Shown here: piece after piece, positions 30,633-39,842 of the stretch | How the letters are laid out: each line of letters begins with the position of its first letter | Position numbering within the stretch: position 1 is the stretch's first letter | Assembly: GCA_965221165.1 (NCBI GenBank) | Contig: CBDCRP010000002.1 | Span: 832,001 to 896,000, forward strand | From: a bacterium | Lineage (GTDB): Bacteria; UBA8248 | Direction of reading: 5' to 3' | DNA length: 64,000 nucleotides | Translations under genes and position numbers: made by a program | Notes under the pieces: generated by a model | What the model saw: only the letters and a program-made list of their open reading frames with translations | The model's database searches: none | What the model was told of the DNA's origin: nothing

Positions 30633-31772
30633 CTAGGTGAAGACGATAGAAATTTCGTCATCACCCGCATCGCGCGCCAGGCGAAACGGCGCATCGTAGG
30701 TCAACAGGCCGTCCCGGTCCCCGAAACCCAGATCCGTGTACTGGCACTTAGGCGCGGTGATCGTGCAGATGTTCCCGGCCCTCTGTCCGACCTGCACGCT
30801 CAGGGGAAGCTGCGCGCCGTTTTCCCAATCGCCGAACACGTCATCGCTGGCCTTGAGCACGGCTTCGGGGTCGAACGAGCCCGACGGAGCGCGACCCGTC
30901 ACCATGGCGTTCACGTGTCCGCCGGATGCGTTGGCGCTCTGGCGCAGAACCACGCTGTTGTTCATGGCGAAGCGGATGTTCGCCGCGTCGAAGTGAAACC
31001 CGCCGAACGAGAAGCCGCTCATGAGGACGGGTTCGGGGGTCTGGGCGTCGTAGGAATCTCCATGGAGCAGGGCTGCATCGCTCACTTCGAAATCGGCCGC
31101 CTCGAACTCCCAATCCACCGTGGGAACGCCATCCAGAGGACAATTGACCGAAAAACTCCCCATGCAGCCCAGATACATGATTCGCAGGCCGTCGATGTAT
31201 GTCGTCAGGCATATTTTCGTGTAGTTCGACTTATCGGATGCGGGCGCATAGGAGACGGAAGTGCCGGGGGTGATGGTCTCCGTCATCGCGCACGCCTTGA
31301 ACAACAGGCCGTAATCCGGCGCGACTCCCGCTACACCTGAACCGCGCAGCTCGGTGGAGAAGGAAACCTGGGCGGAGCGCTTCCCGGGAATCGACGGGAA
31401 GGGCGAGATGCTCGCATCCTTCACCGCGCGTTCTAGCTGCTCCACGCTGACCTCGTGCGCGAAGTTGCCCGCCCGGAACAATTCAGCGGCCACCGCCGGC
31501 CGATCCAGAAGATAAGCCGTGCCCGAAGCGGGCTCAGGATCCCAGGCGTCGTCTAGCGTAATCGTGTCCGATGCCGAGTCGAACTCCTGCACCCTTCTTT
31601 TCTGGCCGAGGCCCATGCCCCGGATCGTGCGCAGCACCGAGCCGTTCCAGAAATCATCTCCTTCTGAGAGCGCGGCGTCCACCAGAGTGGAAGCGTCGGC
31701 GGAATCCGCCACCAGTTCCCTCTCTTCCGTCGCGCCGATGGTTTGTAGATCCATCAATATCGTATCGCCCAT
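30633..31772 (-). CDS. Phage tail tube protein (non-contractile type) with inserted beta domain
   Basis: FSTELRGSGVAGVAPDYGLLFKAC, GCMGSFSV, RAPSGSFDPE, GDRDGLLTY, GDDEISIVFT C-terminus. Confidence 0.8.
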   Translation of the reverse strand: MGDTILMDLQTIGATEERELVADSADASTLVDAALSEGDDFWNGSVLRTIRGMGLGQKRRVQEFDSASDTITLDDAWDPEPASGTAYLLDRPAVAAELFRAGNFAHEVSVEQLERAVKDASISPFPSIPGKRSAQVSFSTELRGSGVAGVAPDYGLLFKACAMTETITPGTSVSYAPASDKSNYTKICLTTYIDGLRIMYLGCMGSFSVNCPLDGVPTVDWEFEAADFEVSDAALLHGDSYDAQTPEPVLMSGFSFGGFHFDAANIRFAMNNSVVLRQSANASGGHVNAMVTGRAPSGSFDPEAVLKASDDVFGDWENGAQLPLSVQVGQRAGNICTITAPKCQYTDLGFGDRDGLLTYDAPFRLARDAGDDEISIVFT

Positions 31773-31844
31773 TCTCTATTCTCCTCCTTCAGGTTTTTGA
31801 AGCGAAGGCGCATCCTTCGCCGGTTTTCATTCCCCGTTATCGAG

Positions 31845-32378
31845 TCAATCCCGCCGGATCCGCTCTATCGCCCGAACCCGGATTTCTGTGTAATGGCAAA
31901 GCACGTTTCCAAACGTTCTCAGTTCGATCAGGTCCACCTGCGGAGGCTGAAGACGCTCCAGGGAGCGAACGCGCGGCGCGCCTGATTCATCGAGGAGGCG
32001 GAGCGTCTTGTCGTCCCTGAAACGATCGCAAATCTCCTCGACCAAATCCTGAAACGCCACTTCGCTGCCCACCGCGTCCTCGGCGCTCATGATTCCAAAC
32101 AGCAAGAACGTGTGGATTCTCCTGGCAAGACCTGCAGGCGTGAAGCCGCCGGGCGCATTCGAGCCGATGGATGCGGCTTCCTCCCCGGCCCTCTCGCGCG
32201 TCAGCACCCAGCCCCTGATTTGGGCGAGGCCATCGCTTGCCTCCCACCGGAAAAGGTCGAGGTATTTTCCCAGGTCGGCCGACCAGCGCTGATAGCTGTG
32301 CACCCGCCCCGCTCCCGCCACACTCGATATTTCCGCCAAAATGGCGTCGCCAATTGCTCTGTATTGTGATTTAGCCAC
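31845..32378 (-). CDS. Phage tail terminator/completion-like protein
   Basis: Lies between the HK97 gp10-like gene and the tail tube; GRVHSYQRW, FQDLVEEICDRF, FGNVLCH; GTG 32378 with GAGGAG. Confidence 0.65.
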   Translation of the reverse strand: MAKSQYRAIGDAILAEISSVAGAGRVHSYQRWSADLGKYLDLFRWEASDGLAQIRGWVLTRERAGEEAASIGSNAPGGFTPAGLARRIHTFLLFGIMSAEDAVGSEVAFQDLVEEICDRFRDDKTLRLLDESGAPRVRSLERLQPPQVDLIELRTFGNVLCHYTEIRVRAIERIRRD

Positions 32379-32880
32379 CGATTCTCCTCGCAATCTCATC
32401 AAGCAGTTCACGAATGCGCCCCTCGATGCGGCTTTGGTTTTCCTCGAAAGCGCGCGCGAACATGCGGCGTCCCGGTATCCCGCGCCGGGCGATCGCTCGA
32501 GCAACGAGGAAGGACACCCTTTCGATATGCCCATCGGGCGGGTCCAGTTTGTGGACCACCCAGCGATACAGAGACGAACCCTCCCTCCAGGGCGGAATTC
32601 TGCCGCCCGGCCGGCGTCCGAATTCCACGTACCTGGCGTAAGGGGTGCGCGAGGCGACCACGCCGCGCAACGCGCCTCGGCCCTCTCCTCTGATTTCGGT
32701 GTAAATACTGCCCCTGAGGTTTCCGCTCGCGCCGATGGGCGTTCGCGTCATTACCTCGCGTCTGAGCATTTCGGTGACCTCGGCCATCGCCTCGTGCGCA
32801 AGGCGAAAAATTTCCGCCTCCTCCCGGCCTCCGGACGGCAATTCCGCCAGGGCTTCAAGCGTTATATATCTACGAAACAC
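32371..32880 (-). CDS. HK97 gp10-like neck/tail-completion protein
   Basis: TPIGASGNLRGSI, PYARYVEFGRRPG, IARRGIPGRRMF. Confidence 0.8.
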   Translation of the reverse strand: MFRRYITLEALAELPSGGREEAEIFRLAHEAMAEVTEMLRREVMTRTPIGASGNLRGSIYTEIRGEGRGALRGVVASRTPYARYVEFGRRPGGRIPPWREGSSLYRWVVHKLDPPDGHIERVSFLVARAIARRGIPGRRMFARAFEENQSRIEGRIRELLDEIARRIGG

Positions 32881-32898
32881 TTCGCCTCTCCTCCCCGC

Positions 32899-33609
32899 CT
32901 AGCGATCCCCGGACGCGCCGTGCGTGAAGTATTCGCCGCGCCTCATCGAGAGGAGCCCGTCCCAATCGAGAGATGCGCCCGTGGGGCCCGCCACTTCGCC
33001 CTCCTTTTGGCCGATATGGGTTTGGTACTTGCGCTCGAGTTCTCGCGCGAGGCGCGTGTATTCCCTGGCCTTGTTCGGGTAATCCACCGAATCCGCCGCG
33101 AGGGTCGGGTTCGAGGATTGGGCGAAGCGGCGGGCCAGAAGGTGACAGCCCTCCGAGGCCGCCAGCCACGCCACGGCGGTCAAATCGTTTCCGGGAACGC
33201 TCGTCCGGGCGTCACCGGCCGTGTGCCCCAGCGTGTAGAACAGGCGAAGCTTCTTGCCCTTTTGCGGGGTGTGGTACAAAAGCCTGAACTTCTCCGCCGG
33301 TGTTCCTTTCCCGTAGATGGTCCAATAACTTCTTCTGAGATAGGAGGGCTTTCTCTCGCCCTGGGGGTATTCCACCGCCCGGACGATAGAAAGAGAATCG
33401 TCCCAGTCCCCGGGCAAGGGAAAATCAAAGGTGACGCCATCGCCTGCGAAATCGGCGAAAGAAGTCAGCGGCCTGTCCTTGCTGTAGCGCGCGAGCGCGG
33501 CGCTCACCAAATCGGCGTAATCCGCCTCCTCGACCCCGAACTCCTGGGGCAGCGCGCCCGCCTTCAACAAAATCTTCACCTCTTTGATGATCGTCTGCCT
33601 GCTGGCCAT
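32899..33609 (-). CDS. Phage head-tail adaptor-like protein
   Basis: Neck position; ALARYSKDRP, VEYPQG, LAADSVDY..KAREY. Confidence 0.6.
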   Translation of the reverse strand: MASRQTIIKEVKILLKAGALPQEFGVEEADYADLVSAALARYSKDRPLTSFADFAGDGVTFDFPLPGDWDDSLSIVRAVEYPQGERKPSYLRRSYWTIYGKGTPAEKFRLLYHTPQKGKKLRLFYTLGHTAGDARTSVPGNDLTAVAWLAASEGCHLLARRFAQSSNPTLAADSVDYPNKAREYTRLARELERKYQTHIGQKEGEVAGPTGASLDWDGLLSMRRGEYFTHGASGDR

Positions 33610-33650
33610 TTCTGCTTCTCCTTTGCTCGCTCACCCGATATGGGCGGGTT

Positions 33651-33992
33651 CTAAGTCTTGAGCGTGAGCCTGGCCTCGAACGTGAACGAAGGCTCCTCAC
33701 CCCCCACCGACCACGCGAGCCTGAGCCAGGGGCCGATGTTCGCGAGCTTGACGAGGGTTTTTCCCACCGAGGTGATCTGCGCGGGCCTGGTATGGACGAA
33801 AAGGGGTCCATCGTCCGCCGGCCCGGCTTCCACCGCGAAATCAAGCGTGGGCGATGCTCCCGCAACCGCCGTCACGTCGATGAACAACAGCGCCTCGGTG
33901 AAGCGGCTCACCTCGAACGCCGTGCTGCCTCCCGCCGCGCCGCGTACCGCCGAGGGAGCGAGAACTATCGTGTGGGTTCGCCTGTCGGACAT
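33651..33992 (-). CDS. Small beta-sandwich virion protein (capsid decoration/spike-base-like)
   Basis: Directly after the capsid gene; beta-rich (IDVTAVAGASPTLDF, WLRLAWSVGG..SFTF); GGAG before ATG 33992. Confidence 0.6.
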   Translation of the reverse strand: MSDRRTHTIVLAPSAVRGAAGGSTAFEVSRFTEALLFIDVTAVAGASPTLDFAVEAGPADDGPLFVHTRPAQITSVGKTLVKLANIGPWLRLAWSVGGEEPSFTFEARLTLKT

Positions 33993-34026
33993 GGCTTCTC
34001 CTTTGAATGCGCAAACGGCCCGCGAA

Positions 34027-36159
34027 CTACGCGGGCGCTCCGCGATAGAAGCCGCGAAAGTCCAGGACGGCGCCGCCATAGACGTGTCTGATCTTGTAGC
34101 GAATCTTGTCGGCGCTGAATCCGCTGCCGGCAGAAGGGTTGTCCTCGATGAACAACTCGGGCTCCCGCATATCGTCCATGAAGCCGATTTCGATAGTGTC
34201 CATCAGGCTCGGGTCGGCGATCATGTACCAATCGTTCGCGTCGGTGAGTTCGGGCACCCACAAAGGCTCCATACCCAGGCGGTTGATGACGCTCGGCTGC
34301 GTGGAGTTCTCGCCCGCGACGACCTTGACGGACGACTGGGTGACGTCGAACGCCTCCTCGAGCAGTTCCGTGGGGTGAACCAGATATTTGGGCCGCGCCT
34401 GCGCCGCTGTCTCGACGCCCTCTTCCCCGTAAAACGTCTGCTGGCCCATCGCCTTGATCCCGGCGATGACGTTGTCATACGTCAGCGCGTTCGTGGAGGT
34501 GTTATTGTGGTTGGCGTGGAACAGCGCGTCCCCATCGTATATGTCCGTGTTGGCCGTGAGGAAATCGAACACGAAGCTGTTCAGGGTGCGCTGGGCCGCG
34601 CGGGCGAGGCGCTGGGGAATCATGCGAATCGCGCCCATGTCGTCGTTCTGGATCATCTCCCAGGTGAGGTCCTCCACCCCGCCGCGCTTGGCCACGGCGT
34701 AGGTCACCTCCTCATCCGTCGGGGAGGTCAGCGCCGGATAGGTGGCCTGTTCGGCGACCTTTTGCAAATCGCCGTAGCCGCCGACGCGCACCCGGCGATT
34801 CGTCCTGAAATCCTTGACGGGCGTCACGGAGGAGACGATTTTTTTCCACTGGTGGAATCTCTCGTCCCGGAAATCGCGCAACATGGCGCGGCGGATCGAA
34901 TCCCCGAACGCCTCTCCCCACGTGCTCGTCTGCAAGGAGGCCGAGAGGCGGCGCACTCCGTTCCAGTTCTCGGCGGCGCGATGATAGTGGAACGTCTCGG
35001 CAAAGAACTGGCGCGGGGTGAGCCGATGGCCCGTGAAATCCTGAAACGCCTCGCTCATGAAGCGATAGGGCCGCTCCCCGTCGACTACCTGATCGCGGGA
35101 ATTCCAAAGCCCGTCGAGGGCCGCCTTTTTCCTGTCCGCCTCATCGCGCATCACTTCCGCGCGTGCGCCGAACCCCCGAAGCGCGCCGCTCGCCGTGAGT
35201 TTTTCCAGCGTGGACGCCTCGATGCGAATCGCTTCTTCGATTTCCTCCTCCGTGAAGCTCCCGCCCCCGAATTGCGCGCGCATTTTCTCCTGAACCGCCT
35301 CGGGCAGTGTGGACGCCGCAAGTTTTTGCGCGAGCACCCGGCGCGACGCGGCCCCCTGGGTACTGGTTTCATTCTTCATGGCGCCTCCTCCATTTTCCTT
35401 GAAGTCCAGTTCGAGGCCCGCGTCTTCACAGGCCGCGAGGAGTTGTTGCGGCGTCCATCTGTCGCCGAGCCTATCGGCCGATGCGGGCGCCACGCTTTTG
35501 AGTTTTTTCCCCAGTTTTTCGAACATCTTCACCTCCGATACAGTGGAATGATTGGCGGCGAGACCCAGAATCCCGCCCCCGAGCTTGCCTTTGTGCACGA
35601 TGTCGACGGAATGGACCGCCAGAATTTTCTCGAAATGCAAAACGAGCCCCTCGCCCTCCTCTCGAAACTCCGCCCGGGCCATCACATCGAACGAAAACCC
35701 GAACGGCTCCTCGAGACCCCGGGCCAGCGCATCGTGCGCCAGCTTCTGGAACCACGCCGCCGAGCGCGAAACCGCGAACGTGCTCAAAAGCCCCTCCTCG
35801 CCCATGCGGACCTCGCGGTGCCAGCCGACCAGATCCTTGATGTCGGGGCCGCCCGACCCGGTGTGGTTCGCGAACGCCTGCGCGCCCTCGAACAAGGGAG
35901 CGGCCTCACGCAGAACATCCCGGGGCAGGAACCACTCCCCGTCCCTCGAATAGCCGGCCCGGGCGATCAGCACGTCGAAATCCCAGGCTTCACCCGGCGG
36001 CTGGGCTTCTTGCCCGATGGCGCGGATGAGGTGGCCATGCAGCCTGACGGGGTGAGAATCTTTTTGCGCTTCCGCGCCCGCCCATATGCGATTCATCCAT
36101 CTTTTCAAGGGAAACTCCTTTTCTCGTTGGTCTTTTCGGATTCCGGTTTCCGGCGGCAT
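34027..36159 (-). CDS. Fused prohead protease-scaffold-major capsid protein (Mu gpT-like capsid)
   Basis: N-terminal protease-like motifs (ANH, DLVGW, GFSFD, SVDIV), helical linker, C-terminal capsid motifs (LTWEMIQNDD, ARAAQRT, LFHANHNN, PKYLVHP, IEIGF..REPELF, YKIRHVYGGAVLDFRG); start uncertain. Confidence 0.88.
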   Translation of the reverse strand: MPPETGIRKDQREKEFPLKRWMNRIWAGAEAQKDSHPVRLHGHLIRAIGQEAQPPGEAWDFDVLIARAGYSRDGEWFLPRDVLREAAPLFEGAQAFANHTGSGGPDIKDLVGWHREVRMGEEGLLSTFAVSRSAAWFQKLAHDALARGLEEPFGFSFDVMARAEFREEGEGLVLHFEKILAVHSVDIVHKGKLGGGILGLAANHSTVSEVKMFEKLGKKLKSVAPASADRLGDRWTPQQLLAACEDAGLELDFKENGGGAMKNETSTQGAASRRVLAQKLAASTLPEAVQEKMRAQFGGGSFTEEEIEEAIRIEASTLEKLTASGALRGFGARAEVMRDEADRKKAALDGLWNSRDQVVDGERPYRFMSEAFQDFTGHRLTPRQFFAETFHYHRAAENWNGVRRLSASLQTSTWGEAFGDSIRRAMLRDFRDERFHQWKKIVSSVTPVKDFRTNRRVRVGGYGDLQKVAEQATYPALTSPTDEEVTYAVAKRGGVEDLTWEMIQNDDMGAIRMIPQRLARAAQRTLNSFVFDFLTANTDIYDGDALFHANHNNTSTNALTYDNVIAGIKAMGQQTFYGEEGVETAAQARPKYLVHPTELLEEAFDVTQSSVKVVAGENSTQPSVINRLGMEPLWVPELTDANDWYMIADPSLMDTIEIGFMDDMREPELFIEDNPSAGSGFSADKIRYKIRHVYGGAVLDFRGFYRGAPA

Positions 36160-36207
36160 GCCGGAGGCCGCCGCCTCGGCGAAAAAGCCGGCGGATGCGA
36201 CGGCGAC

Positions 36208-36259
36208 AATCTAGGGCAAGGGGTCGTAAACACGGGCAGCGCAAATGCGGGGAAATGCG
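36208..36259 (-). promoter_or_regulatory. Shared phage-module promoter element, copy 1 (head-tail operon)
   Basis: Plus strand AATCTA 36208-13, AAATGCG 36243-49 and 36253-59; 29-nt gap. Confidence 0.8.
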
Positions 36260-36469
36260 TATTAGACGTGTTTTTATGCGGAATTTTTATTTTTGCTAAT
36301 TGTAAATTTTAAGTAAATGCGGTAACATACGGAAAATTCTGGAGTTGCGGACGATGCGGGTGGTCCCGGCGTCTACCAATTCTGGATTCTTCGCCCGCCA
36401 CTCGGAAATTCCCGGATTCGCCGAGCGACAAAGACCGCCCCTAATACGACGTGGACGAGGGTGCATATC

Positions 36470-37765
36470 ATGTGGGGCGTCGCTCAACCGGCCTTGAATT
36501 TCATCCAGAACCTCTCCTGGAACCATGTGATCGACATCGGGATCATGTGGTTTCTGCTCTATCAGGTCTACATCCGCTTCAAGGGCACCCAGGCGATGCG
36601 CCTTCTCGTGCGCGTGTTCGCGGTATGGCTCATCTACCTCGCCTCCCAAGCCGCGGGCCTACACCTGACCTCATTCCTGCTTTGGGCCATCTGGATCGCC
36701 GTGCTCATCCTGTTTCTCATCAATTTCCACGGAGAAATCCAAAAGATATTCTTTCAACTCAACCCGGTGCGCAGAATCTCCACCCTGCTGCGCCGGGCGA
36801 TGCGCATCCGCCTGCCGGACGAGAGGGTCGCCACCATCGCCGAATCCGCATTCTCCCTCGCCTCCAAGAGTCTGGGCGCCATCATCGTCGTGGAACGCCG
36901 GGATTTGACCGAAGCGCTGCTGAGCAGCCCGGGCGAGGAGATTGAGGCGGATATCCGGCCGGCGCTGCTTGAAACCATTTTCTTCAAGGGAGCGCCCTAC
37001 CACGACGGCGCCGCCGTGGTCCGCGAGAACAAGGTCTCGCGCGTGGGCTGCCTTTTGCCTCTTTCCGAGAACCGCGCCCTGCCGCCGGAGTTCGGCACCC
37101 GCCACAGGGCGGCGGTGGGCATCACGGAGCGCTGCGACGCCCTGGCGATCGTCATATCCGAGGAGCGGGGGGAGATCACCTGCGTGGAAGGCAGCCATGT
37201 AAAGACGATAGAACATGAGGAGGAACTCGCCTCCTGGCTCACCACGCGCCTGCGCGCGGCCCGCGAAGCGGGGCAAACGAAAGGACGCATATCGCTCGCG
37301 CAGGTTTTCGAGAACTGGAAGCCCAAGCTCGCCGCCCTGGCCGCCGTCATCTTCCTTTGGTCGCTCGGCGGGCAGGAACGTCAAAATCCGCAGAATTTTT
37401 TCCCGCAACTCGAAAGCAAAGTGGAAGAGGAGTTCCGGGTTCCGCTCCATTATTACAACATTCCCAGTGGCGTCATCCTGCCGGACGATTTGGCGAAAAA
37501 CATCAAAATTCGCATCAGGGGCAGGCGCGACCTGCTGAACTACATCGACGCCACCCGCCTGCGCATGAATGTGAACCTTGCCAAAATGACGCCCGGAGCG
37601 CATTCGCGCACGTTCTCCGGACGCGATATCGACCTGCCGAGCGGCCTCGAATTCCTGAGCGCGGAGCCAAAAACCATCCAGTTGAACCTCGCCAAAGCGC
37701 CTAGACCTGAGAAAATGACGAAATCGAGCGCTTCCGCTGAAACAAAAGAATCCTCGAATTTCTAA
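36470..37765 (+). CDS. cdaA: Diadenylate cyclase CdaA fused to a YbbR (CdaR-like) domain
   Basis: Three N-terminal TMs, HDGA and GTRHRAA DAC motifs, ENWKPKLAAL TM then YbbR-like repeat. Confidence 0.88.
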   Translation: MWGVAQPALNFIQNLSWNHVIDIGIMWFLLYQVYIRFKGTQAMRLLVRVFAVWLIYLASQAAGLHLTSFLLWAIWIAVLILFLINFHGEIQKIFFQLNPVRRISTLLRRAMRIRLPDERVATIAESAFSLASKSLGAIIVVERRDLTEALLSSPGEEIEADIRPALLETIFFKGAPYHDGAAVVRENKVSRVGCLLPLSENRALPPEFGTRHRAAVGITERCDALAIVISEERGEITCVEGSHVKTIEHEEELASWLTTRLRAAREAGQTKGRISLAQVFENWKPKLAALAAVIFLWSLGGQERQNPQNFFPQLESKVEEEFRVPLHYYNIPSGVILPDDLAKNIKIRIRGRRDLLNYIDATRLRMNVNLAKMTPGAHSRTFSGRDIDLPSGLEFLSAEPKTIQLNLAKAPRPEKMTKSSASAETKESSNF

Positions 37766-38198
37766 GACCATTTTTTTCAGCCACTTAAATTTTCTGCATT
37801 TGAAAATTTGCTTTTTTCACTCAAAGAACCCATATTGAACCTACCGGATCATGGCCGCCGAAACGCTCAGATCGCTTTGATGAGCGGCATGGGCGAACCA
37901 TCTCAGATGGTGCTTGGCCTGGCCGAGTGAGGCGGGAAGGAGCCGACGCAGCAAGCGGTTCCGGTCCGGTTTAAGGGAGCCCTCAAAACAAAGGGGGATG
38001 CGATGATATCCACGATAAATCGCTTCAGCCGTGCGGAGACGCCATCCTCCCCGGCCCCATCGCATCAGCCGGGCGGGGAGGAAACCTCAAGGCTGATGCC
38101 TTTATAAAGGCGACAGAACGCCTTTTTGAGGTGAGATGAATTCTCACCCTGGAAAAAAGACAAAAGAGAGCGGGGCGCAATGTCCCGCTCTTCTTTTT

Positions 38199-38411
38199 TT
38201 ACGAACCTCCGGCGACCTGGTTCTTCGCGTCGAGTTTCCGCATCTCGATTTCCAGTTGCTGGAGTCTGTTCTTGATCATGTTGAAGTCGTACTCGAATCC
38301 CTCGGCGAGCAACATGAGACCCCGATACAACTGGTGTTTCTCCGGCTCTTCTTCCTCGCTCACCGAATCGAGCATTTCGACGAAAACCTCTCTCGCATGA
38401 TGAAAGCTCAA
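38199..38411 (-). CDS. Hypothetical 70-aa coiled-coil protein
   Basis: Helical heptad pattern, AGGGGG upstream of TTG. Confidence 0.55.
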   Translation of the reverse strand: MSFHHAREVFVEMLDSVSEEEEPEKHQLYRGLMLLAEGFEYDFNMIKNRLQQLEIEMRKLDAKNQVAGGS

Positions 38412-38552
38412 AACGCTTTCCCCCTTTTCGAATGAGAACGCACACTACGAAGCAATAAACCTTTTCGCGGGAAGAAATCCCCCCCCCCCGCATCCCTGCT
38501 AGAATCCATCGCATCGACAAATAAACCACAACGCTTTCAAGGAGTCATCTTC

Positions 38553-39047
38553 ATGCCGGAAAGACCGAACACGCCGCAAGTCATCCTGCGCCACATTCAG
38601 GGCACTCAGCTTCAGATGCTCACCACCACGGGAAAACACTCCTACGTGCTCGATGAACCCGAGACCCGGGGAGGCACGGACCTCGCCGCCACGCCGTTTG
38701 AGTTCTTCATCGCGGGCCACGCGGGCTGAGGCCTCTATACGCTGCTGGGAGCAGCGCAGGCCAAGGGCATCCACATCGAGGACGTGGAAGTCCACGCGGA
38801 GTTCAAGCGAAACATCTCACCAAAGTTTCACGCGGATTATCACGCAGACCCCGAGCGAAGAAAACTGGCCATCGGCGTCATTCGCACAAGTTATTATATT
38901 CACGGCGACGTAACAGAAGAGCAAAAGGCGGAACTTCTCGATGAACTCGCTAACTGCCCCATCCACAACACGTTGATGACGCCGCCCAGGCTCGAGGAGC
39001 GAATCGTCGTTTTAGGAGAAGACCAAACCACGCCTGAGAAAGTTTGA
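38553..39047 (+). CDS. OsmC-family selenoprotein (Sec at TGA 38727-38729)
   Basis: DEPETRGGTD..TPFE..AG-TGA at the OsmC catalytic Cys position; frame continues to CPIHNTL; AAGGAG SD; hairpin follows the TGA. Confidence 0.88.
38730..38762 (+). promoter_or_regulatory. Bacterial SECIS-like hairpin
   Basis: GGCCT-ctata-CGCTGCT-ggg-AGCAGCG-c-AGGCC directly 3' of the in-frame TGA. Confidence 0.75.
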
Positions 39048-39162
39048 TACCGGCAGGGAAGGAAGCCACTTTTCAATAATTAGAGCCTTGAACGCGATAG
39101 AAGCCACCTTCCAGGAAGTTTGATGCCGGCAGGGAGGGAGCACCTTCTTACAGAATCGGGAG

Positions 39163-39690
39163 CTAATAAGAAATTTTATTGTCCATCTGCTCCCATAATC
39201 TGAAAGACTCGAGCGCTTCATTCTCCAGAAACCGCGTTGATTCCAGCTTTCTTTCGTGGACCGGCAACGCAATTTCCTTGTAGAGAAATTCATCGGAAAA
39301 CCCGATCGCATCGGCCTCGACGATGGTGTTTCCATAAAACATGTGCTCGATTTTCGCCCAGTAAATGGCGCTCAGACACATCGGGCACGGCTCGCAACTC
39401 GTATATATCTCACACCCGGACAAATCGAAATTTTTCAGTTTCGCGCTGGCCGCCCGTATGGCGAGCATCTCGGCGTGAGCGGTGGGATCGCAAGAAGACG
39501 TCACCCGGTTCGTGCCCTCGCCGATGATCTCGCCGTCCTTGACGACGACGGACCCGAAAGGTCCGCCCAGTTTGTCCATCACATTTTGAGAAGCGAGCGA
39601 TATCGCCCTTCTCATGAAAGATTCCCGAGTCGTCATTTTCTTAATCTCCCGTGTGGCTCCACTATTCCGCCGTTGTTTTCTGTTCATCAC
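39163..39690 (-). CDS. guaD: Guanine/nucleoside deaminase (GuaD, cytidine-deaminase fold)
   Basis: GGPFG, DPTAHAE, SCEPCPMCLSAIYWA. Confidence 0.88.
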   Translation of the reverse strand: MMNRKQRRNSGATREIKKMTTRESFMRRAISLASQNVMDKLGGPFGSVVVKDGEIIGEGTNRVTSSCDPTAHAEMLAIRAASAKLKNFDLSGCEIYTSCEPCPMCLSAIYWAKIEHMFYGNTIVEADAIGFSDEFLYKEIALPVHERKLESTRFLENEALESFRLWEQMDNKISY

Positions 39691-39842
39691 GTATCAAGTA
39701 TTTCTCCAGATTCCCTTCATCTTAACTTGTTTTTGGAATGGTTTACATTTATTTTACAGGTTCTTCTTTTATAGTCTCCAAAACCGGGGTCTGGAACGAG
39801 AGAGATACAACTCCGCGAAATTCGCAACCCAAAAAGGGACAG

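Noticed and set aside
32341-33654. 437-aa plus-strand ORF
   Set aside because: Antisense to the neck genes; GC-rich shadow frame
30633-36159. Tailocin, eCIS/T6SS or encapsulin
   Set aside because: No sheath or baseplate; capsid, portal and terminase indicate a DNA-packaging head
33658-36312. 884-aa plus-strand ORF
   Set aside because: Antisense shadow of the capsid and decoration genes; no recognisable motifs
37841-38130. Possible ncRNA/riboswitch or 74-aa ORF after cdaA
   Set aside because: Could not match any known RNA consensus by eye; needs an Rfam search
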